A stretch of 64,000 nt of DNA from Blasia pusilla. Lineage: Eukaryota. Below the pieces are notes generated by a model, which did not search any database, was not told the DNA's origin, and worked only from the letters and a program-made list of their open reading frames with translations. Made by a program: the position numbers and the translations under genes. Shown piece after piece: positions 27,591 through 39,203 of the stretch; positions within the stretch are counted from its first letter, which is position 1; each line of letters opens with the position of its first letter. Location: the NCBI GenBank assembly GCA_050084515.1, contig CM114271.1:4216001-4280000 (forward strand), given 5' to 3'.

Positions 27591-29840
27591 AGTTGAGTAG
27601 GGTCGTTTGAGGATGCGACAGATCACAACAGTTGCGTTGGTGAGCCCCGTGCCTACCAAGACGATTAAGGCAGGGGCTGGGGCAAGATCCGAGGAGTCCA
27701 AGGTAGTCTCTCCCGATCACCACGGATGATCGGGAGAGACACCCTTGGACTTCTTGGGATGTTTTGCAGATACGCCAAGAGATGGTAGCCACAACATTGA
27801 GCGTGGTTCCGGGTACTGCACGTGGAGATGAGAGTTCTACTGTCCGAGACGGGGTTGCACCATAGCAACCACCAACACCCGCGCCAAAGAGTCCTACCGA
27901 TGGAGACTTGGGAGCCAGATATGGGCCCTAAGTTGACAAGAGGAGAGCGGCGCCGGATACATCAATTCCTGAGGAGTTATAGGAGCTATTTTGCATTTAG
28001 CATGCAGGATTTGGGTACGTTGAAGGGTCTAGGGATCCCCATTGAGTTGTCGAGTGACACGCCGATCTTCCGATGATCCTACAAATACAGTGATATGGAG
28101 AGGGCTCTGATTCAAACTAGGAGCCAGAACTTGGTTAGAGCAAGACTAGTGAAGATGTCGCATGGAGAGTATGGATCTGCCACTATCATGCCCGCCAAGA
28201 AGGATGTGCATGGCAACTGGACGGATAGGCGGATATGTGGAGATTACCGACCTATCAATTGGCAGACAAAGCCCGATAGGTATGCCATGCCCACCCCTGA
28301 GGAGATCTTTGATATGATTGGGCATGCAAAGGTATTCAATTCATTGGATTTGCAAGCCGGATACCATCAGCTGCCTATCAGATTGGTGGACAGGCAGAAG
28401 ATGGCATCTTGGGGCATTGATTCTCACGAGAAGGATTGTTTGTACCAGTGGCTGTCCTTACCATTCGGGTTAAAGAACGCCCCGGCTGAGTTTCAGAGGA
28501 TCATGGATAGGATCTTGGCATGTCTCGATTTTGCTAGGTGTTATATTGATTACATCGTAGTCTTTAGCATCATGGTTGAGGAGCATGAGGGACATCTAGA
28601 GAAGGTGTTTCGATGATTGCAGTTACATGGGTTGAAGCTACATCCAGGCAAGTGCAAGTTCTTCTACGACCAGATTGAGAACTTGGGTCATACAATATAC
28701 CCAAGGGGCCTTGATGTGCAGCAAATGAAGGTATAGGCTATTTCACGCCCTACAGATGTGAGTCAAGTTTGTGCATTCATGGGATTGGAGAACTTCTATC
28801 GACGGTACGTCAAGGGTTTCAGTTCGATTGCAAAGCCGCTAACCTTGCTGACCAAGGTGGATCAGGAGTGGCATTGGGGGGATGAGCACGAGAGAGCATT
28901 TCAGCTGCTCAAGGATAGATTGATGTCCGCGTCCATATTGAGGAGACCGATCAGGGGGCTTCCTTTCCAGTTGCATACCGTTTGGAGCATGTTGGGGCTT
29001 GGAGCCGTGCTCACCCAACATGACGATGATGGTAGAGAGTTCGTGATGGCTTATGCTAGTCGCTCGAACAACGCTGCAGAGGCAAAGTATAGCTTGTATG
29101 AGGGTGACTGCTTGGCTGCGGCATGGGATGTTGCATATTTTAGGTGTTATTTATTCGGCAACCCCTTTACCATCATTACTGATCATCAGCCACTTAAGTG
29201 GTTGATGGAGTTCGACAAGCTTACAGGGAAGCTTGCGAGGTGGGCTCTTATGTTGCATGAGTATGACTTCCAGGTGGTGCATAGACCTGGGACGCTCAAC
29301 CAGGATGCATAAGGTTTGAGCCGTAACCCATATGGGAGTCAGCGAGATGCGACTGGAGCTCGTTGGCATGGTGAGAGTGATGAGGAGTTGGTGCCAAGAT
29401 GGCACGCATCAGCTTATTTCGGCTTGTTGGCTATGGGGCGCCAGATTGCTGAGACTTCAATGGCAAGGTTTGATGGAGAGTCCTTAGATCCAAAGGCCGG
29501 TGAGGAGACAACTGGTGGCCGAGACATTCACGACTATGGAGTGTTCTTGGAGTATATGCGTACTGGTAGCGTCGCGAGCATAGTGGGTACTAGAGAGCGG
29601 GATCGGATCCTATAGCAAGCCAGACGGTTCCGGTGGGAGGGGACACATGTGTTGTGATTTTGGGAGGATGGTAGAGTGCGTGTGGTGCCTCATCCTTCGC
29701 AGAGAGCACGTTTATTGCGTCATGCCTACGAGGAGTTGGGTCATTTTGGAGTGAAGCGAATGTACAGCTTGCTCCATATACAGTATTGGTGGCGAGGCAT
29801 GCAGACTGACGTTCAACAATTTATTGCCCAATGCATGGTG

Positions 29841-30866
29841 TGTCGCAACCCTAATAACCAAACAACACCAAATAGGCGCCAAGAGGAACATCAAAACTCA
29901 AGGGGACTCACGTTGCGATGTTTGCGCTTTGGAGAGGCGTTTGGAAAGGTCTCTTGGAAAAGTCCAAGAGATGAAACGCGGAACAGATTTGTATGTTTCA
30001 TGCGTTAGTGGTCGCGACCAGGAATACTAGACCAAACGCGAGCCAAGACTTGAGATGAGTTGAGTCTTGGAAGGTTGGTTGCCAAAGAGGTAAGAACCAG
30101 TTTTGGAACACGACTAGCAATTGGGGAATTTGACTGTATTTTGGACCATAACGTTTATCCCCAAGATGAGTTGGGGACAAATAAGGGCGCGTTAGAAAGC
30201 TTATCTTGAGAAGCTTCCAATGCACTAAAGATCTTAGCAAACGCTTAAGTATGGATTGAGATATTGGCCACAAATGATTGTATGAGCAATCGGGTTGAGG
30301 GCCAATTGGAGAGGCCCGGGTGTCTTTCCCTAAATATAGGGAACCCCAGAGATCCCCAGATTACTAGTAAAGGAGGATTCTCTCCAAGATGGCTTGGAAC
30401 ACGAATCCCCACTTTGAGCACCAAACGCCAAACTCCATCACCCCACGGGATGGAGTTTGGCGTTGGAACTCGAAACCCAAACCTAATCCAAGGGAGTGGA
30501 CTTTGTACGCCACCCTTGGATTCCAGCCCGAGATTCACTTTGTGCAAGTGTTGGTTTGGGACTCATTGGATGTCCATCGGATAGTTTGAACCGCCAGGCC
30601 CGAAACGCCGTTTGAAGTTCCTGAACCGACCAGAAAGTCTATCCCAAGTCTTTCGAAACTTGCCCGTGTTGTAAACCGCAAAACTAGGAAGGTTGAGCTT
30701 GATGAGAGACCAAGACGAGAACTCGGAAAGTTAGCTTGCTGATTGATCCAAGACCCGACTAACCAGAGTGCATGTTTGGATGCAGATCAACGTTGAGAGT
30801 AAGACCTACTGAACGCACGCTTCCGCAACAACAAGATTAACGTTCAAGGAGAGTAGGCGCACGACA
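29841..30866. mobile_element. Solo LTR of another family nested in element 1 integrase
   Basis: TGTCG...CGACA termini with 5-bp TSD TGGTG (29836-29840 and 30867-30871). Removing it restores QCMV|CDRVRASFN, matching element 2. Confidence 0.9.
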
Positions 30867-32172
30867 TGGTGTGTGATCGAGTCCGAGCATCGTTCAATTC
30901 TCCGACTCCACAGTTGCATTCACTTCCAATCATGGATTTAGGTTAAAGATGTTGTTTGGATTTTGCAAGACCTTTGCCTTTGACGGAGCGCTATAGTCGT
31001 TATGTGTTGGTGATGGTCGAGCACTTCTCGAAGTGGATAGAGTTGGTTGCATTGCCTCACAAAGCGAGTGAGAGAATAACGTATGCCTTCCTAGATCGAG
31101 TGTTGAGTCATTATAATACACAAGCTAAGGTGTTGAAAGACCAGGGTATAGAGTTTCGCGGGGAGTTTCAGGCCTTGTGTGATCAGGCGTTGATCGGCCA
31201 CCGCACTACTTCGCGAGATCATCCTGAGGCGGATGGACTAGCGGAGAAAGCGATGGTGACAAGAGGATTACGCAAGTATGGCTTGCAAAGAGGTCACCTA
31301 GGAGATTGGGAACTCCAGTTGCCGTGGTTGGCGATGGAATACAGATTCAGCAAGTAGGCATCCTTAGCGTCTTTCCCATCGTACTTCCTTTTCTATGGCC
31401 GAGAGCCAGATTTACTTGCGGCCATTCGTCAAGATGTTGGTCAGGTGTTGAACCTTCATGATCATGATGTATGGATGCGAGCATGTTCTCAAAGGACTGA
31501 GTTGTTTCGAAGAGTGATGCCCATGGCGTTTGAGAAGTTGGCGATTGCACAACATCGGGATACGTTGAGCAATGCGAATATTTGAGGAGGTGATTATCGA
31601 TCTACTATCCGGAGGTTTCATCAGGGAGACTATGTCTACTTGCAGCAGACGGCACCCACGATGTTGGATGTGATTGTAGGGCGTACCATCTTGAGAGTGC
31701 GTGAGGTTTTGCCATCAAGTATTCTCTTATTGGAGGGACGCGATGGTATGGTTTGGAAGGACCATATGAGTAATTGTGCGTCGTGTCACCTTCGGAACAT
31801 TGACGGTACAGTTGATCCGAGTTTAGCAGTAGTTCCTGCAGGCTTGCAATGTATGTTGTGTGGTTATGCCCGTGGTGCAGCCACTATGCTAGTCTGTGAT
31901 GGATGTTTGAGAGGATGGTATATGGCATGCTTGACGCCACCTCTCACTAGGGTTCTTCAGGAACGATGGATGTGTCCCAGATGTACATAGAGTAGGTAGT
32001 TCTACAATCCAACTTGTGTCTGTGACATGGATGATAAGAAGGTGACTAACAATGGGGCCACATGAGCACCCGGCCTTCTTGCTCTTAGCATCCGAGAGAT
32101 GTATGTCATGGTAGGTAAGGATAGATGGCTATCTGGAGTTAGAGGGATCTAACCACCAACTAGGGGGGCGAT

Positions 32173-32961
32173 TGGAGATATTTTTGTACTTCTTGTTTCG
32201 TTGTTTGGATGCCATGAGTTAGCATGGGATCGTGTGTGTTTGTATGTGTGTTCGGTGACAACGATGTATATTGTGTAGGGATGTATATGCGCACGACAAT
32301 TGTCACGTCTTTTAGGATAGATCGGAGAGATCTAGAAGAGCGCCTTTGTGAGTAGTGGAGGATATGCTCAAGAGGTCAAGGATGACCTGCTGAGGCCCTG
32401 GGAAACCTGCTCTCTCAGGTTTCCCAGGGTCTCTCTTAGGTTCCCCTTCATTTCGGCTCATTTGGAGCCATATTGAGGAACTTGCTATTTTAGGTAAATA
32501 CCATTTTGAGTATATGGTCAACTTTCTACTTTTGTTAAATGGCCCTTGATCTCCTACATCAGGTTAAGAGCCAAGGAGGTGACTTGGGAGCATAGGTTAC
32601 TATGGAGAGAGCTTGGGAGAGGGGAGGGGTATACCTTAAGGAGAGAGAGCTTGAGAGCTCATTCTCTCGTTGTTGAACCTCTTGGCACAAGGTGGCGGAG
32701 CTATGGTCTTTTTCCTTGTGAGTGTAACCCAAGCCTCTCATTAGGAGAGTGGGTTTGGTTTGACATGGAGAGAGATATGTGAGAGTGCACACATTTGAGA
32801 GCGATGGTGTAGAGAGAGATTGGATCTTGATTTACTGGAGATATTTTGGTACTTCTTGTCTTGTTGTTTGGATGCCATGAGTTAGCATGGGATCGTGCGT
32901 GTTTTTGTGTGTGTTCGGTGACAGCGTTGTATATTGTGTAGCGATGTGTATGCGCACGAGA
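32173..32961 (+). repeat. Element 1 3' terminus A1-AT-B2-A2, preceded by PPT AGGGGGG (32162-32168)
   Basis: A1 (32173-32298) and A2 (32836-32961) are 126-bp direct repeats flanking B2; junction CGACA-AT-TGTCA at 32294-32305. Confidence 0.92.
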
Positions 32962-34184
32962 GCTTCATCACTCACATCCACCTCTCCAAACGGAGTGCAA
33001 TGGATTTATTTATGCGCATCTCTAAAGTCTTCTAGGGTTTTGAGTTATCTCGGCTTTCACCCAAGGAGGATATAAGATTTTTTGGTGTTGGTTACTTATA
33101 GACCATTCATCACCAAAATTTATGTGCCCTTATTGAGCCAACTACACTCCGTCAACCCCACCAACTTCTCCAATTCTCTGAAGGCAGAGCAATAATGGCA
33201 CTATTTTTGCATGTCTCCAAAGTTATCTAGGGTGGAGGCTCACAGAGGCTTCACTCAAGGTTCTGCGATGCTGGTTAAGATTATTTCCTTCTTACTCCAC
33301 GCTACCGAGCCACATAGACTCCATCTGCCATACCAACTTCTTGGAACGGAGAGTACTAATGGCACTATTTCTCAACATCTCCAAAGTTATCAAGAGTCCA
33401 AGGTTTTCCTAAGGAAAGTACTATTTGGGGATACTTGTTCATACAAGAAAATCACTTCTGCTAATGGGATAAAGTTGGGGAAAATAATTTTTAGGATGGT
33501 GTGGGATTTAATGGATGTCACATCTAAGTAGCCGATAGGTAGGGATCTATCCTGACGATGACATAGAGAGCCGGCGTCCACGGACTATCTTGAATGTAAC
33601 TTCGTCTTGAGGTGTTGAATGGGGTTGAGGATAGTTCCGTTGTGTCAGAAACGTCGTTTCTAACAACTTTTCTGTTTGGGTCTTTCACAGTTGAGTGACT
33701 TACTAAAGAAGTCACCCGAATATATGTGCGCGCAGGTTACCAAGAGGATTTCTATTTTTAGGGGAAGAGCCTTTTGGCTCTTCTCACACCTATATATGGG
33801 AGAGGGATGGTTTTCCCAAGCCATCTTTCTCATGTTGGGCCATTGGAGCATCTCTCTTGTTCGTGTGTGAGAAAGAACCAGGGTGCTAGCGTCCGGATTC
33901 CTTAATAGTACAAGATGGACGAGGCTCGATATGCCAATGTAGATTGAGGAGTGGAGTTTTAGACTAGATGTGCCATTTTTACTCTTATTTTTGTTGTATG
34001 ATCTCGATGTACATGCATGAGTTGATTTTTGTTCATGTGTGGATCTATCCGTATGTTGGGGAAGATTGGTGTTGTATGGTGTAGATGTGACCAGCGATAT
34101 GTATGCACACAACATGGATATAAGAATTTTTTTTAATGAAAATTCTATATTCTTATTGCATAATACCTTTTTTGGTCAAATTCC

Positions 34185-34537
34185 CATGGTTGCATAGAAA
34201 TGGAGATGTCCATAGACTTGCCCTTTTTGGTACCCTGGTGGCCTACGTGGGCTCGAGATGAGGGAACGGGGTGCAGCCTTAGATTAAGGGAGGCAGGCAG
34301 GATACGGCCCGCCCTATGCAGGCCTATTGCGGGCCAATGCGGGCCTAGAGCGGGTCAGGTGGGCTACAAAAAGGGCGACTAGTTCTTAGACTAGGTGCGG
34401 GCTAGTTGAGCCTAGGTGTACATTGCGGGCGGGGCAGGCTTGAGTGCGGGCCGTGGGTACCCACGCCCGTATGAATACGTCCGTCCTAAGAACAGACATA
34501 AGTCCGCAGACACGCATTTTGTTTGTGAGAAACCTTA
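34185..34537. mobile_element. hAT-type MITE
   Basis: CATGGTTGCA ... degenerate GAAACCTTA ends; 8-bp TSD CAAATTCC (34177-34184 and 34538-34545). Confidence 0.8.
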
Positions 34538-34572
34538 CAAATTCCTCTCCTCTTGATACATGACAGTTTCAG

Positions 34573-34750
34573 CAAGGTTGTATATAGAAAAAGTCCATAT
34601 CCACAGACATGTCCATGTTCATGGACTTAAGGTCCGTCCTATAGAAGGACTTGTCTATGTGGGCCCCATATCCCCTTTATTTCTCATCCCTCCTCTTGCC
34701 TTTGTGATCCGAACTTTCTTGTCTCTCCTCCTCCCACCTCCACTCCAAGG
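34573..34750. mobile_element. Truncated copy of the same hAT MITE family
   Basis: Starts CAAGGTTGTA; body resembles the reverse complement of 58400-58644; no second end seen. Confidence 0.6.
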
Positions 34751-35417
34751 GAAATGAGTTTTCTAATGGTCATCTATTGATTCCTATCCTTAAACACCAC
34801 ATTCTTGACGGCTCCAAGGCTACCTAGGAGCATTTAGGATGATAGGAATTTCACCCATGGAAATATATAACATAATTAGAGGATTGAGTTCTTCTTAAAA
34901 AATTTGGTGGCATGACATGTGGATAGATATGGAGATTTTTTTAAAGTGATCCCATAATAATATGAGTTTTTTTAATTCCATTCAATTTGAGTCATGTCTA
35001 ATGATTTGAATTCTTAATTTAGTTATGCATGTATTGCGCATATATGCACCTTAATGGTGCCTATTAATAATAAATATCCATATCTTTGGACTAAATATGG
35101 AAACATTTACCTTTCGTATTTTGGTTCTACATCAACCCTTGTGCCTATTCATCCTCTGGTTTTCTAACCACAGGTTGAGTTAGTTAACCCCAACCCCTCT
35201 TTAGGATTCTCCTTTGAAACAAGAATAAAATTTTCATTTTCTCCTTGCTAACAAGCAAGAGACTGTAGCTCTATGGGCAACTCCTCCCCTGCTAAACAAC
35301 TAGTTGTGTGTTTGAATCAGGCTCAAATACTCCAAATTTCCCAAGTGCTTCTCCCTACTTTACTCGACTCTCACCCCCATGACCTAACCCGAGGATGAAT
35401 AGGCACAAGGACATCAA

Positions 35418-35604
35418 CTAGTGTAAGCTCGTGCAATGCACAGGTTTGAATCACCTCCCATAATTAATCCTTAAGTGCCATTGTAAGTCAATTTTGAGCA
35501 ATCCTATTGGCTCAAAAGATAAATGATCCTATTGGCTAAAAGTGCAAAGAGGAGAAGAGTTTGCAAAATGAAAGGGTACTCTCCAATAATAATATACACT
35601 AGGA
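35418..35604 (-). mobile_element. Non-autonomous Helitron (approximate)
   Basis: The minus strand ends with hairpin GTGCATTGCAC and CTAG followed by T; possible 5' TC near 35604. Confidence 0.55.
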
Positions 35605-38449
35605 TATATGTTAACTAGTGCACTGAAAATGCCTCCACTCTTACTTGTGTCATGCAAATTAGCGAGATGTAGTAGCATGTCATTCACACAAATTTAAGTT
35701 TTTAAGATGATAAACATCTATCTACTCACTTAAAAAAATTGATTTCATTTCAAAAATATTTCAACTCTAGAAAAGGAAAGAAATACCCCATCATTATATT
35801 ATGAAGTTTTATTTATAACATTACTTCTTGATTAATTCACCTAATTTATTTCAATCTACCTAATCTAGTTTCATCACGTGCTCCATTCACAAATAGCTTC
35901 ATATAACGCAATGATTCCCCTTATTTTCTTTCCACAAGAGATGATTTGACACCTCTTTTTTTTAAATAGCTTCACTTCTTTTAGAATAAACTTCCCTCAC
36001 ACATTAACACCACTTTCCTTAATTAATAGTATAGATTATAACTAATTTATCTCTTTTGGGCATAGAATAGTATCATCAAGAAGAAAAAATCACTAAAATC
36101 CTCCCATAAACATTTTCAAACTTTCTCCCTCCACGGTGTACATTAAATGGACATAAGTGAACTCAATAAATATGGGAGGTTATGATATCGATACCTTTTT
36201 TTATCCATAAAAGTTCATCAAAATCATTGAAACAAAGTGATAAATGTTACTCATATTCATAAGACTTTGTGTTGCATATAAAGGTAGCATTAGTGAGTGA
36301 TCTCTATGAATTATTAGGAGATATATTATTGTAGTCATTCCTTCAAAGTTTTTATAAATTTGAGAGTGGAATGTGCACAAATGAGTATGATCATACCTTA
36401 AGAAATAATGAACAAAATGGAGAAAAAAATCATGATATTAAAAATATGGTCATGGTAAATTTTTAGTGATGGTGTTTCTATGTAAGCATTATTATGCCAT
36501 TAAGGTTTTGGCTATGATTCTACCATATATTCCATATTGATGTCAAAATAGAAAATCATATGCATTACAAAAAAGTGTGCTCTTAGTGTACACAAATTTT
36601 GACCAAGAAAACCTAATAAGAAGTGTCAAAGCACAAAGGAACTAACACATGTATAATCTACGGTCAAGCAAGAACTTGTTTAGAAAGTGACAAGTAGCAA
36701 AAATATAAGAATTTGCTTACAAGATCGAGCTCTTTCCTTGTTCCAATTTCTTTTGTGGCTAATATCTAGAATCAATTTTTTAACAAGTAAAAATACATCC
36801 TTGGAAAGGTATTTAGAAATGTTATAATGCACCTCAACAATTTTGAAAGTATATCTAGACAATTTACAAAGAAGTAATTTCTTAGCTCTAGATCTAAACA
36901 TCTCATAAATACATGAAGGGAAGGGAAAAGTTCCAAGTGGCTACCGATCATCTTTTGGGTAATTTCTTAATGTGATTTCTACACTATGATATTAGGGTGC
37001 ATAAGTAGTAAAAAATAATTACCATGGGAAGTTTAATATGAAAGAAGAAGTGGAGAGACTTGGAGTGAGGAAGAGATAAATTTCTTAAGGGAAGGTGGAT
37101 GACTTTTTCTTCTCTAAGTGAGGAGGTAGAGAATTTGGGAACCTTGTTTTCCTCAATTAAGGAAGGATGATAGTTTCCAAAATGAGGAGGATGAATTGGG
37201 GGTTTTCTTATTCCCAAAACTAATAGGTGGAAAGGATGAATTTCCAAATGAAGGAGGGGGCCATGGAGTGAACTTTCAAAATGTGCAATAAAGGAAAAAG
37301 TGCATTGAAATTTTCTCAAAATGAGCATAAGAATTTGTTATGTTTAATTTGTGCAATGCATGAGCGCAATAAATCTTTTCTTTATTCAATAGACTTCCCT
37401 CTTAAATATGAAGCACTAAAGAGACAAGAAAAACCATACAAAAAAAAGCCACAAATATTTTCCAATAACCAAGAAGGGGAAACTATCAAACATAAAATAG
37501 AGAATGAGAATATCCCACAAGAAAAAATAGACAATGCATGAATTATTTAATACTATTAATAATTTGTGTGCAATGTATGAGAGTCATATTAACATGTACC
37601 AAATTCTTATCATGTTAGATAGTTTTCCAATCCACATTTTTTTTTCATAGAAAAAAGCCATTTAAACAATACGATGAACTCTTTGAAAGACCGGATGCAT
37701 CAACATTCCATCATGAGGCTTCACTTAGTTTAGAATATTATTTCCATGATAAGCTCTATTATTTTAATTCTAAATTAGATGAGTATTGTTCCATTCATAC
37801 TTAGCCACATGCAACCTAGTGATTTCCTTATTTACTTTCCATAAGAGATGATATGATACTTCATATTTGCCTCTTGAAAATAGCTACAATTCTCTTCGAA
37901 TTGACTTTCCTCACATAAACCCTCTTCCCATTGTCCCTTACTCAATTAATAATATAAAGGCTATACTATATTTTACATGACTTAAAAGAAGGATGGCAAG
38001 TGTTCAAGGTGGAATATGTCCACTACTAAATCTTGATATGTTAAGACTACAAGAATACTCATCAACTTTCTTATGTCATCCACTAGGCATCCCTCTCATC
38101 AATGTTAAAGTTTGAGTGTGATAACTATCTTTCCATTTTTTTAAAATTCCCCTTTTCTATTCTCATAAAATGATTCCAATTATGAATATTCCAACTTTAT
38201 GCTAGGCAAGAATATCTCATCTTTCAGATTTATGACTTGCAAGGTGTATCCCTAATGGCATTCCTTCATCCTCGCGTGCTTCACTTTGCCAAGCATACCA
38301 ACTTAGCTAATTGGATGTCATCCAAGTTGGCATGTATCCATTGTATGAGTTAGTGGTTGATATTGTGGATACTGGATCCTTCACATCCTCCACTACTAGT
38401 ATATTCTTTGAATTTGGGCGGAAGAAATTGTGATGTTCCTCTAAATCTC

Positions 38450-39032
38450 TGTCGTGCGAATCCACATCGTCATACAACATACATCGCTGACATACCATAC
38501 TCACATACATACATAACATAGACGAGAGCATCCACAAACACAAGTGTACCACAACTGAAATCCGTGAAAGACCTACTGTCATAAAACACGTATAGAATCA
38601 CATACAATCGAGCCAAACCCACTCCACGATGGGAGAATCTAGGTCGAAGCTTGCAGGAGACACCATAGCCAAGAGCTCTACTCACTACCAAGGCTTACTC
38701 CCAACACAACAGGCTCAACTCAAAGAACTGACTGTTCTTTGAGTGCACTCCACCTTATATCCTCCAACCTAAGAGTGGGCCCTACTGGAGAAGTCACCCT
38801 CAACTGAGTAACCCCCAACCCTATGTATGAAATTGCATCTCTACCTAGACACTGCGGCCCTACATAAGGTATGGCCTCTACTAGCACACTATACTCTACG
38901 ACATAATCCGTATGGTCATGACAGCTGTCGTGCGAATCCACATCGTCATACAACATACATCGCTGACATACCATACTCACATACATACATAACATAGACG
39001 AGAGCATCCAGAAACACAAGTGTACCACAACT
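38450..39032 (-). repeat. Element 2 3' terminus A1-GC-B2-A2, preceded by PPT (plus-strand C-run 39033-39039)
   Basis: 107-bp A repeats flank a 368-bp B; junction TGACA-GC-TGTCG at 38919-38930. Confidence 0.95.
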
Positions 39033-39203
39033 CCCCCCCTAACTAGCGGTTAGGTCCCTCTAACTCCCAGGTAGCCTTATACATCTACTACATGCTATAA
39101 ACCTTCTTCGGTGCACGAATCAGAAGGCCGGGTGCTAGGTTGCCCCATCGTTAGTCGCACATCTATAATCCATATCATGCAAAGATCAAGTCATCTACCT
39201 CTC

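Larger units (their letters stand above)
24224..31990 (+). pseudogene. Element 1 gag-pol polyprotein, disrupted
   Basis: Gag GPRRFLGAVGTIELQDF; protease VLLDSGAQPL (~25915); RT LPFGLKNAPAEFQ with YIDD mutated to YIDY; RNase H (28758-29312); integrase HHCC and DFARP/DQGIEF/GLAE; C-terminal PHD. Many stops and frameshifts plus a nested insertion. Confidence 0.9.
22184..32961 (+). mobile_element. Element 1: Ty3/gypsy-type retrotransposon with DNMT and PHD domains and split direct repeats (decayed)
   Basis: Begins TGTCA and ends CGAGA (variant of the CGACA in the A1 copy). 4-bp TSD GCTT at 22180-22183 and 32962-32965. Repeats B1 22184-22696, A1 32173-32298, B2 32301-32835, A2 32836-32961. Domain order gag-PR-DNMT-RT-RH-IN-PHD. 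Confidence 0.93.

Noticed and set aside
38450-39032. B2 as a solo LTR inserted with A as its target duplication, or a chance tandem duplication
   Set aside because: A is 107-126 bp, far too long for a TSD. The same layout occurs in both families, and the true 4-bp TSD lies outside A2.
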